Positions 50,855 to 63,070 of a stretch of 64,000 bases of DNA are shown piece after piece. Numbering within the stretch: position 1 is the stretch's first letter; every line of letters starts with the position of its first letter. Below the pieces are notes generated by a model. It did no database searches. It saw only the letters and a list, made by a program, of their open reading frames with translations, and was not told the DNA's origin. The translations under genes were made by a program, and so were the position numbers. The DNA is taken from assembly GCF_963921235.1 (NCBI RefSeq), contig NC_086097.1:234610001-234674000 (forward strand), written 5' to 3'. Source of the stretch: Mobula hypostoma. Lineage: Eukaryota.

Positions 50855-51940
50855 GGTTTTTGAGGTGGTGTAGAGCAGGTTCAGCAGGTTGATTCCAGAG
50901 GTGTGGAGAGATTGAGTCACCTGGGATTGTACACGGTGGAATTCAGAAGAATGAGAGGAGATCTTCCAGAAACATATAAAATTATGAAAGGGATGGATAA
51001 GATAGAGGCAGGAAAGTTGTTTCCACTGGTAGGTAAGACTAGAACTAGGGGACATATTCTCAAGATTCGGGGGAGTGTATTTAGGATGGAGATGAGGAGG
51101 AACTGCTTTACCCAGAGAGTGGTGAATTTGTGGAATTCTCTGCCCAATGAAGCAGTGGAGGCTACCTCAGTAAATATATCTAAGACAAGGCTGGATAGAT
51201 TTTTGCATCAGTCAGTCAGTCAGTGGGTGCAGTCCAGGATCCGGGGTTGGCAGCTATGCACCTCCATCTTCTTTGATCTTGCGACAGCACTGAGTCCAAC
51301 CTCTCTTCCTGTTTGTTCTCGTTGGCCGTCTTGGCACTGCCTGCTGCCACCCCACTGAACTCGAGCCCGAGGCCGGTGTTGGCCTCCAGCCGTGGCTGCT
51401 TCTTCGAGCTTGGCCCTTCCTTAGGCGGAGGCCTTGGGCAGGTCCAGACACACGGTTCAGCACCCAAGTTCATCATGTCTCTTCTAACTAGGTGCATAAC
51501 ATATGATTCGTAGATATGTGGTGAGGCTTTAATCTCTTCCACGGAAGATGGCTGTTGGCTCACAAGGAGCTCATCCACCCTTTGTCAGGTCTTGTTTTTT
51601 CTAGTCCTGCTGGGTGTCCTCACACCCTCCTGACCAGACTAAATCTGGTGGGGGAGCCGGCCAAGTCGCTGACCACTCGACCACGGCCCCCGGCCGAGTG
51701 CCGGGCACCCGACCCCCGCCGAATCTCTCCGAGTGTCCAGCACCCGACCAAAAAATCATGGTCGAATGGCTGGAGACCAAATCGGAAGATTTTTGCATAG
51801 TAGGGGAATTAAGGGTTATGGGGAAAAGGCAGGTAGGTGGAGATGAGTCCATGGCCAGATCAGCCATGAACTTATTGAATGGCAGAGCAGGTTCGACAGG
51901 CCGGATGGCCGACTCCTGCTCCTATTTCCTATGTTATGAT
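50855..51940 (+). mobile_element. CR1 3' fragment split by an insertion
   Basis: ORF 50903..51358 N-terminal part RMRGDLPETYKIMKGMD...VNLWNSLP; resumes after 51786. Confidence 0.9.
51209..51786 (-). mobile_element. Young non-autonomous non-LTR retroelement (578 bp), probably RTE-mobilised
   Basis: Perfect 12-bp TSD AGATTTTTGCAT at 51197-51208 and 51787-51798; (ACTG)n tail; CpG-rich. Confidence 0.8.
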
Positions 51941-52573
51941 CTACCCAGAAGATGTCAACTGAAGGAACGTTGTGCACAGATGACATTTTGACTGGAAATC
52001 TCCTTACAGACAGCCACAAAACAAAGAAACCCAATAGAACCCATTAAAAATGAAGACAGTCAAACACCAGTGCGTAAAAATAAAAACAAATCTTGCAAAC
52101 AATAACAGTAAGCAAGGAACATTCAGAACTGAAGTTCATGAAGTTGAATCCACAGCCGTGAAGCCAGTACACAGTCGATCCAGGAGCCCATTCAGTTCAG
52201 TGTAGAGATGAGTAAACTTAGCAACTGGTGAGCTGAACACTGACCCATCCCTTGTCTCTGGCCCCGACACCCTGACCTTTTGAATCTGAACCAGTGCTTA
52301 AATCAGCCAAACAGGGCATTGTTTGGGGGAAAAAAATCCCTTTGGATGACATGCGGAGATCTTCAGACAAAATGTCTTGAATTCGATGCACTCTCTACAT
52401 ATCTCTACGAATTAGGGCAACTTTCCTTGCTCTGTTGCTTTATTTTATGCCAGGCACTCTCTGGTGTAGCATCCAAGTGGCTGTGTCCTCATGAATGAAC
52501 CTGGAGAGCTTGTAGCTATGACGATCATTGTCACATTCACTGAAAGGAATCACACACATTGGGCTAGCAAGTC

Positions 52574-52760
52574 CCGGAAGTTCATTTCGTTCAAACAGTC
52601 AACACTTCTTCACATAGCATCCACGTGACTGAGTATCCTTGCGGCCAATCTTTGCTGGCAATGTTTTAACTGCTCTCATTACAAAGTTAAGTGTAGAATG
52701 CAAGTTTGCACCAGTTCCAGCATTTAGGCTGGGGATGTTCTCCATGGAAACTGTGCCAAT
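52574..52760. promoter_or_regulatory. Candidate cis-regulatory motif cluster
   Basis: CCGGAAGT (52574), CACGTGAC (52622), GGCCAATC (52643) and X-box-like GTTCTCCATGGAAAC (52737) in apparently non-repeat DNA. Confidence 0.3.
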
Positions 52761-53034
52761 AGCAAGTTCATTCATTTAAATAGCAAAAAAAAATGGCTGC
52801 AATAGTTTCAAGTTAGTAGTTACAATTTGAATGAATTGAACTTACCTATTCTTAGGCATTTTAATTCATTTTATTTTCAATGACTTGTGAAAAAAAAAGC
52901 ACCAACACTTATGAATTGCATGCAATTACACTGGCAGAAGCAGCCCAGTGTTTGGAATTACGGACTCGAGGGACCTGGGAAGATTGTTTTCAGAAACTAA
53001 CTTTACATTAGAGAAAACAGAATTTTTCTTATAA

Positions 53035-53368
53035 CAACACACATCAAAGTTGCTGGTGAACGCAGCAGGCCAGGCAGCATCTGTAGGAAGAGGTGCAGTC
53101 GACGTTTCAGGCCGAGACCCTTCGTCAGGACTAACTGAAGGAAGAGTGAGTAAGGGATTTGAAAGTGGGGGGGGGGGAGATCCAAAATGATAGGAGAAGA
53201 CAGGAGGGGGAGGGATAGAGCCAAGAGCTGGACAGGTGGTAGGCAAAAGGGGATACGAGAGGATCACGGGACGGGAGGTCCGGGAAGAAAAACAAGACTC
53301 CTTGTCACCGCCCCCCTTGTCTTTTTTCCCGGACCTCCTGTCCCGTGATCCTCTCGTATCCCCTTTTG
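53035..53368. mobile_element. PLE fold-back insertion with the right arm cut off by CR1
   Basis: Minus arm 53035-53296 nearly identical to 25865-26130; inverted arm ~53310-53368. Confidence 0.88.
53096..53133 (-). ncRNA. Minimal type I hammerhead ribozyme, intact core
   Basis: Identical to 25927-25964. Confidence 0.8.
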
Positions 53369-54380
53369 AATGGTGAATGCAATGTTGACATTCATTTCTA
53401 GAGGAATAGAGTATAGGAGCAGGGATGTGATGTTGAGGCTCTATAAAGTGCTGGTGAGACCTCACTTGGAGTACTGTGGGCAGTTTTGGTCTCCTTATTT
53501 AAGAAAGGATGTGCTGACGTTGGAGAGGGTACAGAGATGATTCACTAGAATGATTCCGGGAATGAGAGGGTTAACATATGAGGAACGTTTGTCTGCTCTT
53601 GGACTGTATTCCTTGGAGTTTAGAAGAATGAGGGGAGACCTCATAGAAACATTTCGAATGTTAAAAGGCATGGACAGAATGGATGTGGCAAAGTTGTTTC
53701 CCATGATGGGGGAGTCTAGTACGAGAAGGCATGACTTCAGGATTGAAGGGCGCCCTTTCAGAACAGAAATGCGAAGAAATTTTTTTAGTCAGAGGATGGT
53801 GAATCTATGGAATTTGTTGCCACCGGCAGCAATGGAGACCAAGTCATTGGGTGTATTTAAGGCAGAGATTGATAGGTTACTGAGTAGCCAGGGCATCAAA
53901 GGTTATGGTGAGAAGGCGGAGCAGTGGGACTAAATAGGATAAAATGGATCAGCTCATGATAAAATGGCAGAGCAGACTCGATGGGCCGAATGGCCTACTT
54001 CTGCTCCTTTGTCTTATGGTCTTATGGTCTTATGGATAGAAGTATACAAGATATTAAGAGGAATAGATAGAGTGGACAGCCAGCGCCTCTTCCCCAGGGC
54101 ACCACTACTCAATACAAGAGGACATGGCTTTACGATAAGGAGTGGGAAGTTCAAGGGGGATATTAGAGGAAGGTTTTTAATCAGAGAGTGGTTGGTGCGT
54201 GGAATGCACTGCCTGGGTCAGTGGTGGAGGCAGATACACTAGTGAACTTTATGAGGCTACTAGACAATTATCTGGAGGAATTTAATGTGGGGGGTTATAT
54301 GAGAGGCAGGGTTTAATGGGCATAACATTGTGGGCTGACGGGCCTGTACTGTGCTGTACTATTCTATGTTCTATGTTCTA
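53369..54380 (+). mobile_element. Two abutting CR1 3' fragments of different subfamilies (53369-~54033 and ~54034-54380)
   Basis: ORF 53550..53933; (TCTTATGG)n tail runs directly into IEVYKILRGID; second tail (TTCTATG)n. Confidence 0.9.
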
Positions 54381-56359
54381 TTACAAAGTCAATAAACTGG
54401 GTTAAATTCCACTGCTGTCTCCCCATTACCATGTGGACTCCAGCTTGCTCCCACATTCCAAAAAGACTTGTGAATCAGTAGGTTAATTGGTCACATAGGT
54501 ATAATTAGGCACCACCAAATTGTTGAAGCAATAGGGTTTTTTTTTTATTCCCTGCCATTTCTCTGAATAAAACAAAAGATATTCAAAGATGACTCTATCA
54601 CTGCCAATGACAGTATATGCAATTTGACACCTATATAGGAATGTACTTAATCTTTTACAGATCTAAATTTTGAAATGGGTTTTGACATATAAGATTAAGT
54701 GAACAGTTGCCATATTTGATTTCTTTACTGCATATTTCTGGACCCAGATGCAAATTGGAATAAAATTTGAACCACAAGTTTTCCAAAGAAAAATGCATCC
54801 ATTGGCAGAAGTCTTTGCTGATGATTTTGTGGCTGTTCTGGACACAAGATGGAACAAGAAATTCAAGATATTAATAATCATTTAAATGTATTTCTTCAAA
54901 GTCGTGTGGAGTATGGAATGTAGCAAGGTAAATATAAGATTCAAAGATTCAAAGTACATTCATTATCAAAGTACATATGCAGTATACAGCCCTGAGATTC
55001 GACTTCGCACAGAGAACCACAAAACAAAGAAGACCATGAAACCTCTTCAGATATAAACATCAAACCCCCAACATGCCAAAAAAAGAACAAATCACACAAA
55101 TGGCAAAAAAATGAGCGAAAAACACAGAATATATAACATCAAGCCACGAAGTCACTTAAACACTCTAAGGATGTTCAGCTCAGTTCAATTTAGTACTGTT
55201 TTGTTCTTTGCCTGCGGGCCGCTGAGGCAGTCCACCCCAAACAAAATCGCAAAAAATAGCAATAAAAAAAGCAACAACGAGAAAACAGAAACACATCATG
55301 ACATGAACTGCAGCCATTCAATCCAGAAACTGTGTTGATTGAACCTTGCCCAAAATCCAAGAGTCCAGCAGCATTCTCTAGCAGCCTCAAGTGAGAGAGA
55401 GAGAGCAGTCAAATGCACCTTCCTCCAGCAGCAAAAGCGAGAGGGAGAAGGAGACCGGTCCAATATAAGATTAAACTTCAAGGAAAATAGCTTATTTTTT
55501 GGAGTTCTCTGCTATGAGAAGAACGCTGTGTAGAACTAACCAAAGTTAAGCGGTTTGGGAGATGCCTACAACTGAATATGCAGCAGGAATCCAAAGTTCA
55601 CAAGAAGTTGTTTATTGTCCGGGCAGCTTGTTCCCTCATCTATCAGGCCTGTTCAATAATTTTACATGCAATATGGGTGACCTGGTATTGTAGTGGTTAG
55701 CAGAATGCTTTACAATACAGGCGACCCAGGTTCAACTCTCACTGATGTCTGTAAGGAATTTGTACATATGTTCTCCCCCGTGACCATGTGAGTTTCCTCC
55801 GGGTGCTCGAGAAGGGCCTGTTTCATGCTATATGTCAATAAATAAATAAAAAGTAAACTTCAGAGTGGTTCTGGGAAGAAAAAAAATCCTATGATCTGGA
55901 ACTGAAAGAAATAAAAGTAGTAGCTACTCCCAGTCGAATTTTTAGATTTATAATTGGAAGAATAGTGAAAAATAAAAAAAGGTGCAAAATAGACAACGAG
56001 TCACACATGCATTGAGGTCATTAAACTGGTGTAGAAATCAGAATCAGAATCAAGATCAGGTCTATTATAACTGACAGGAGTCATGATGTTTGTGGTTTTG
56101 CAACAACAGTACAGTGCAATATATTAAAGATTCTGCAGAAATATTAAAATAATTAAGTAGTTCAAAAAATAGTAAAGTAGTGTTCGTGGTTTCATGGACT
56201 GTTGGGAAATCTGATGACAGAGAGGAAGATGCTGTTCCTAAAACATTAAATGTGTCTCTTTGGGCTCCTGTACCTTATCCCTGATGATAACAGTGAGAAG
56301 AGGACATGTTCTGGGTGGCGAGCATCCTCAATGATGGATGCTACCTTTTTTAGGCATCC

Positions 56360-56806
56360 ACTGAAAATTGATGCATGAACATTGATTTTTCTAACTTGCC
56401 GTAATTTCTCTCATCTCCCAATTCTCTCTTTTTCTATTCCCATTCTGACTCCCTTTTACCCCTTCTCTTCTCCTCACCTGCCCATCTCCTCTCCCTGGTG
56501 GCCCTCCTCTTCCCCTTTTTCACATGGTCCACACTCCTACCCCTTCAGATTCCTTGTCTTCAGCCCTTTAGCTTTTCCACATATCACCATCCATTTTCTC
56601 ATTTTATCTCTCTCTACTACCCATCCACCTTCCCCGGCCCCCCGCACCTAGCTTCACCTATTGTCTTCCAACTTGTCCTCCTTCTCCTCTCCAACCTTTG
56701 TATTCTGGTTCCTTACCCCTTCCCTTCCAATCCTGATGAAGAGTCTTGGCCCAAAACATCAACTATTTATTCTTTTCCATGGATGTTGCCTGATCTGCTG
56801 AGTTTC
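56360..56806 (+). mobile_element. Degenerate PLE 3' fragment
   Basis: MNIDFSN C-terminus, pyrimidine-rich UTR, decayed hammerhead CTGATGA...AAAACATC at 56733-56760. Confidence 0.8.
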
Positions 56807-57429
56807 TAATGAGATTACAAAAGTTTTGGAGTGGTGCAAAGAGGTAGGGACGAGATGGTTTTGGGAGATACTTTGAACAAAGCATAACTGCCAGAGGATA
56901 GGACCTGTGATTTTACACATGTCCTGGAAGAAATTGATCACCATGATATATTTTTAGTCGGAGATTTTGGCATGATCAACTTGATGATTGCCTGCAAGTG
57001 ATCTAGGTCAGAAAAATCTTTAGGTAATTGTTCAGGCGTACTCTGGAGTTAGGGTATATAGCAAATATTAATTTCACCAGCAACCTGTCTTCAAACATAA
57101 ACATGGATTGTAGATTGAATTTAAAATGCAGCCCTGAACAATAGCTTTTCCTGGAGCTGTAGACTGGAGTTGATTGCAAACCAGACAATGTTAATTAACA
57201 TTCATTTTGGGTGTCGGGAGTGTGGGAGCAAAGAAGCAGGTGAAAACTATATGTAATTCAAAGGAAGCATTGTAGATGTATTGTAACTATAGAATTGTCT
57301 TGATGTTACTTTTGACCTTTAGCATATTAAAATGTCATGCAATATTGAATCAGGGGGCCACTCCTCCAAAAGTGTCTCAATATGAGGCCTGCTGCTCATT
57401 TTTGCTGAATAAAACACTTCTATATCCAG

Positions 57430-57510
57430 TAGCACACACAAAATGTTGATTTCCTCCAACATTTTATGTGTGTTGCTCTGACTTCCAGCATCTGCAGATT
57501 TTTTTTCTTG
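57430..57510. mobile_element. 81-bp micro PLE fold-back insertion
   Basis: Perfect 11-bp TSD TCTATATCCAG at 57419-57429 and 57511-57521; AGCACACACAAAATGTTG inverted against CAACATTTTATGTGTGTTGCT; PLE tail CCAGCATCTGCAGA. Confidence 0.85.
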
Positions 57511-59298
57511 TCTATATCCAGAAGCTTCAGTTTCTCTCTGATAACTTTGTTCATGTTACAACAGTAATTTTTCAGCAAGAATTGTCACGGGCAAGTCCCA
57601 ATACTAAGTAAACATTCCAAACGAAGGGTTCAAATGAAATATGACAAGCAGCATGCAAATATTCACTAGTTCACAGTGAGCATTCTCTGGGAGTTTGACT
57701 TCTGTATTCTTTTGCTGACATTAACTCATTAACCCTAACCTTAACCAAACATCTTAGGACTGAGGAAACCAAGCACCCAGAGGAAACCTGCACAGTAACA
57801 GGGAGAACATACAAATTTCTTACAGGTAGTGGCGAGAATTGAACTTCAAATGGTACTGTTAAGCATTATGCTTATGTTCTTATGGTTTTCTTAAACACTT
57901 CTAACTTGCCTTGGTCCGTAGCTCTCAAAGCAGAAAAGGAGAATTCAGGATGTTACAGAGAAGCTTGAGTCCGTGCACCAGGAGTATACTGAAGATATTT
58001 ACAGTGTGAAGAGAAAATGGAGCTTGCACCATCATAAACTATACACCAACCCACCCCATCAGGTATCTCCTGCCCCATTTGTGGAAGAGGCTGTGGTTCC
58101 TACTTTGGCTTCATTATTCACCTCAGGTCCCACAAAACCAGAATGGACGTAAATCATCCTTGATCCTGAGTGACTGCTGAAGAAGAAAAAAGAATGAATT
58201 CTCCTGGCCAAAATCCTTGGAGTGTAGAAACTTCTGTACCTCTTGTGAGAAGTTCTATACTTCAGAATTCCCCGACACTAAAATCTGTATGTCAGTATTG
58301 TGCATGCACATTTAGTCTGTCTATCCTTGTATTGAGCTTCCTGCTCCCATCTACTTAATGTATTGTATTTCCAAACCATGACTTTGTCAATCAGCATGAT
58401 CCATATCCTTTATAAAATATGAAGACTTACAGAATAAACCTGGAGAAAATATCAAGAGATTTTCCTGTGTCACATCCATTGACCATATGGTGACAAGAAT
58501 TACATCATATGTCATGGGCACAAACTCTGCCCATAATATCAGAAAAAAAAATGACAGTGAGTTTAGAAAAACCTCCAGATCTATTCTGAACTGCTTAGAA
58601 TTTAAGCTATCAACACTTCAGTAACTAACATGAGAAAACATTTTAGTAACTTTAAAGCATTTCCAAGTTAAACAAAATCTATTGGAATCATTTTAAAGCT
58701 TTTAAAATTCTTTCAATTCATCAAATTTAACAATAATCCACCAGTTGAGAAAAACTTTCAAAGTTTTTGATGATGTCTTAAATTGATATTGGAATGATTT
58801 TATAGATCTTTTAAATTAACATAGTGTTTTAAACTTTACTGCTTGGATCTTTTATACCCTTCCTCTTCCTTTAAACTCTTCTAATAACATGGGAAATTAC
58901 TCATTATACCTCATCTGACCCAATGTAGGATTGTCTGTTGATTGCAATGACGGTACACAACCTGCCAAGTTACATTCAAAGTTCAAAATAGAATATTCAA
59001 AATAAATTTGTTATCAAAGTACATTTATTTTATCGTATACTACACTGAGATATACTTTCTCAGTTTCAGCTTTGAAATAGACATTTATGGAACCTGAAAT
59101 TGCCATCATTAGAAAATTGGCATCATCAATATCAACTCAATACTTCATAAGCAGTGAAGTATCCTTTCATGCAACTCATATGGTGAAAGGTTGTGGCACT
59201 GTAAAAGAAAACCCTAAAACATGCCACTTATAACAACCTGCCAGTCAGAAATTATTTCTTTTTAACCTACCTTCAGCCTCCCCACTAATTACATACCT

Positions 59299-59488
59299 AT
59301 AAACACGAGAAATTCTGCAAATGATGGAAATCCAAAGCAACACACACACACACAGACACACAGACACACACACACACACACACAGACACACACAGACACA
59401 CACAGACACACACACACACACACACACAGACACAGACACACACACACACAGACACACACACACACAGGCACACACACACACACACACA

Positions 59489-59527
<39 letters not shown>

Positions 59528-59542
59528 ACACACACAGACACA

Positions 59543-59581
<39 letters not shown>

Positions 59582-59745
59582 ACACACACAGGCACACACA
59601 CACACACACACACAGACACAGACACACAGACACACACACACACACACAGACACAGACACACAGACACACACACACACACAGACACACACATACACACACA
59701 CACAGACACAGACACACACACACACACACACACACAGACACACAG

Positions 59746-59779
<34 letters not shown>

Positions 59780-60135
59780 ACAGACACACACACACACACA
59801 CACACACACATAATGCTAGACAAATTCAGCAGATGAGACAGCACCCATAGAAATGAATGAACAGTCGATGATTCAGACTGAGACTCTTCTTTCAGGACTG
59901 GAAAAGAAGGGGGAAGTCACCAGAATAAAAAAGTGGGGTGGGGAGGAATAACGATGGCTAGAAGGTGATAGATGAGGCCAGGTGGGTAGGAAAGGTAAAG
60001 GGCAGGAGAGGAAGGAATCTGATAGGAGAGGAGAGTGTACCAAAGGAGAAAAGGAAGGGGGGGGTCACCAGGGGGAGGTGGAAAGCAGGTAAGGAGAGGC
60101 CTGAGTGGGGAATAGAAGAGGGGAGTGGGAGGCAT
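59299..60135 (-). mobile_element. Degenerate PLE 3' fragment containing an expanded microsatellite
   Basis: PLE tail at 59299-59340 resumes at 59811; decayed hammerhead at 59862-59900. Confidence 0.8.
59341..59810. repeat. Interrupted (CA)n/CAGA microsatellite, 470 bp
   Basis: Direct inspection. Confidence 0.98.
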
Positions 60136-60482
60136 TTTTTTTGTCTTGGCCTAGTTGCAAACAGATAAAATAAGATATGTCATCAGATTGCCTTTAAGTT
60201 AAAAGTGTCCAAATGTACAAATCAGCAATTTACAGCAATTGTCAAGAAAAGTTAAAAATCAATAGACTGACAAAACATTGACAAGAAGTTCAAATTGAAA
60301 TATAAACACTGTGTGACCTCTATTTGACAGTTTAAATTGTGCTTTAATAAATACAAATCTTTGATAGGATCTGGCTTGTGACCATCATTTTAGTCTGCCA
60401 CCAAAACAAAACTGAAAATAATGATCTTGTAGTTGCAAAATCTCTGTCTTTTGCAACTGCCTTATATTTTACCTGCATCTTA

Positions 60483-61005
60483 CACTCAGTGGCCAATTTG
60501 TCAGAAATCTCCTGCCTCTAATAAAGTGGCTGCTGGATGTATGTTCATGGCATTCTGCTACTATAACCCATCCAATTCAAGGTTTGATGGGTTGTGCATT
60601 TAGAGATGCTCTTCTGTGCACCACTGTTGGAAGCTGTGGTTATTTGAGCTCCTGTTGCCTTCCTGTCAGATTGTAACGGTCTGACCTCTCTCATTCACAA
60701 GGCATTTTTGCCCACAGAACTGCTGCTCACTGGATTTTTTTTTTTGTTTTTCATACTACTCTTTGTAAACTCTAAACACATTTGTGGGTGAAAATTCCAG
60801 CTGATTCATAAAGATACTCAAACCACCCTGTCTGGCACTAAAAATCATTCCATGGTTAAAGTCACCTAGATCACATTTCTTCCCCATTTTAATACTTAGT
60901 CTGAACAACAACTGAACCTCTTGACCACGTCTACATGCTTTGATGCATTGAGTTGCTACCACATGATTGACCGATTAGATATTTGCATTAACGTGTATAG
61001 GTGTA
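60483..61005 (-). mobile_element. Tc1-family deleted element, same family as 36234-36749
   Basis: TA-CACTCAGTGGCCA end; MGKKCDLGDFNHGMIFSARQGGLSI in ORF 60756..60962. Confidence 0.8.
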
Positions 61006-61596
61006 GCTCAAAGCGAGAAGGAGCATTCAAGACGTCACTGTAAACTTGAGTCCATGCATAAGGAGCACACAGAAGGATGACTTCACAAATGACCCCAGCA
61101 CTTGTCCAAGGCATCTCCTGACCCTTCAATGGAAGGATCTATAGTTCCAACACTGGCCTCATCAACTACTGTACCTCTTCATCCATGGAACAAGGGCAAG
61201 TCACCGTCTTTCCCAATGGTCCTCGTAAGGAGAAAAACACACTACTCCATATTTAATACATTCCTCCAATTATCTCACACTTGCAGTGTTTGAACCTTGA
61301 CCCTTTTTGTCCATGCCCTTCAAGCAGACTGTTTCCATCAGTTCTTCAAGGGAAGAGTTTTGGGGGCAGTGTGGTGCATTTCTGTAAGATTTTGGTGCAA
61401 CTTAATTTGACAAAATGAAGCTGAATGTAGTAATAAGGTAAACAAGCATGCAGTGTTTTGAATACATGATTTTCCTTTTCATACATGTAGAGACAAATTA
61501 CTAATTAGGTGGAAGACAAACATTAGAGCTATTTCAAATTCCCATGCCAACTGAAAAACAGATGGATTTGGAAATAATTTGGCACCCTATGGCCAT

Positions 61597-61649
61597 GAGA
61601 GAGAGAGAGAGAGACAAGGAGAGACAAAGACAGAGTCAGAGAGAGAAGA

Positions 61650-61711
<62 letters not shown>
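61597..61711. repeat. (GA)n microsatellite
   Basis: Direct inspection. Confidence 0.95.
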
Positions 61712-61715
<4 letters not shown>

Positions 61716-61779
61716 GATCAGTGTGAGATGGGGAATTGAAGTTAGAATTTAGACTGAAGGGAAGTATTCAGCAACGTGG

Positions 61780-62790
61780 TCACACCCAACACTCCCAATG
61801 TGGTTGAGAAAGTTGAGAGTTTCAAGTTCCTAGGAGTGAAGATCTCCAGTAGCCTGTACTAGTCTAACTCTGTTGACACTATGACCAAGGAAGCCTACCA
61901 GCACCTCTACTTCTTCAGAAGACTAAAGAAATTTGACATGTCCCATCCACTCTTACCAATTTTTATCAATGCACCATAGAAAGCATCCTTTATGGATGTC
62001 AATGGCCTGATATGGCAACCTGCTCTGCATATAACCACAAGAAAGAGCAGAGGCACAGCTCAGCACAACACAGAAACCAACCCCTCCACAGACTCCAGCT
62101 ACAACTGTCACTGCTTCAGTACAGCAGCCAGCAGGTCAGAGACCCCACCCACCCTGCACATTCTCTCTCCTCCCCCCTCCCCATCAAGTAGACGATACCA
62201 AACTGTGAAAGCATGTACCACCAGACTCAAGGGCAGCTTCTAATCACCCCCACGTGGAGCATTGTGCTCGGTTCTGGTCGCCTCACCACAGGAAGGGTGT
62301 GGAAACCATAGAAAAGCTGCAGAGGAGATTTACAAGGATGTTGCCTGGGTTGGAGAGCATGCCTTATGAGAATAGGTTGAGTGAGCTCGGCATTTTCTCC
62401 TTGGAGCGACAGAGGATGAAAGGCGACCTGATAGAGGTGTATAAGATGATGAGAGGCATTTTTCGTGTGGATAGTCAGAAGCTTTTTCCCAGGGCTGAGA
62501 TGGCTAGCACGAGAGGGCACAGCTTTAAGGTGCTTGGAAGTAGGTACAGAGCAGATGTCAGGGGTAAGTTTTTTTATGCAGAGAGTAGTGAGTGTGTGGA
62601 ATGGGCTGCCGGCAATGCTGGTGGAGGCGGGTATGATAGGGTTTTTTTGGAGACTCCTGGATGGGCACATGGAGCTTAGAAAAATAGAGGGCTACAGGTA
62701 ACCCTAGGTATATTCTAAGGTATGGACATGTTTGGCACAGCTTTGTGGGCTGAAGGGCCTGTACTGTGCTATAGGGTTTCTACATTTCTA
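61780..62790 (+). mobile_element. Rex1/Babar fragment (61780-62250) interrupted by a CR1 3' fragment (62253-62790)
   Basis: FKFLGVKIS...SSRRYQTVKACTTRLKGSF; ORF 62254..62679 is a CR1 C-terminus. Confidence 0.8.
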
Positions 62791-63070
62791 TAATTCACTA
62801 TTATAAAACTACAGTGCATTAAGATGGACCCTTGACCTGACTGTCTACCTTGTTATGACCTTACACCTTGTGGTCTACCTGCCTGGATGACAGGAGCAAT
62901 GGTTCTTGTGCAGGTTGATAGTAGTAGGCAGTCTAAATGTTTCAGAATGAACTAGATGGGCCAAAGGGGCTGCTTCTATGCTGTACTTTTCTATGACACT
63001 ATGGCTTCACTTTCTCTGTAACTGTAACACGTTATCCTGTAGTCTGTTATTGTTGTGCTACCTCAATGTA

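Larger units (their letters stand above)
54660..57563 (+). mobile_element. Ancient fragmented Gypsy pol and 3' LTR remnant
   Basis: GF*HIRLSEQ, QVFQRKMH...EVFADDFV (54680-54840); KVK..WEMPTT..AAGIQ (~55540-55595); MRLQK...EMVLGDTLNKA (~56807-56890); LTR end AATAAA...TACAACA at 57563. Confidence 0.65.

Noticed and set aside
59245..59844. 170-199 aa CV/TH-repeat ORFs
   Set aside because: Translations of the (CA)n microsatellite
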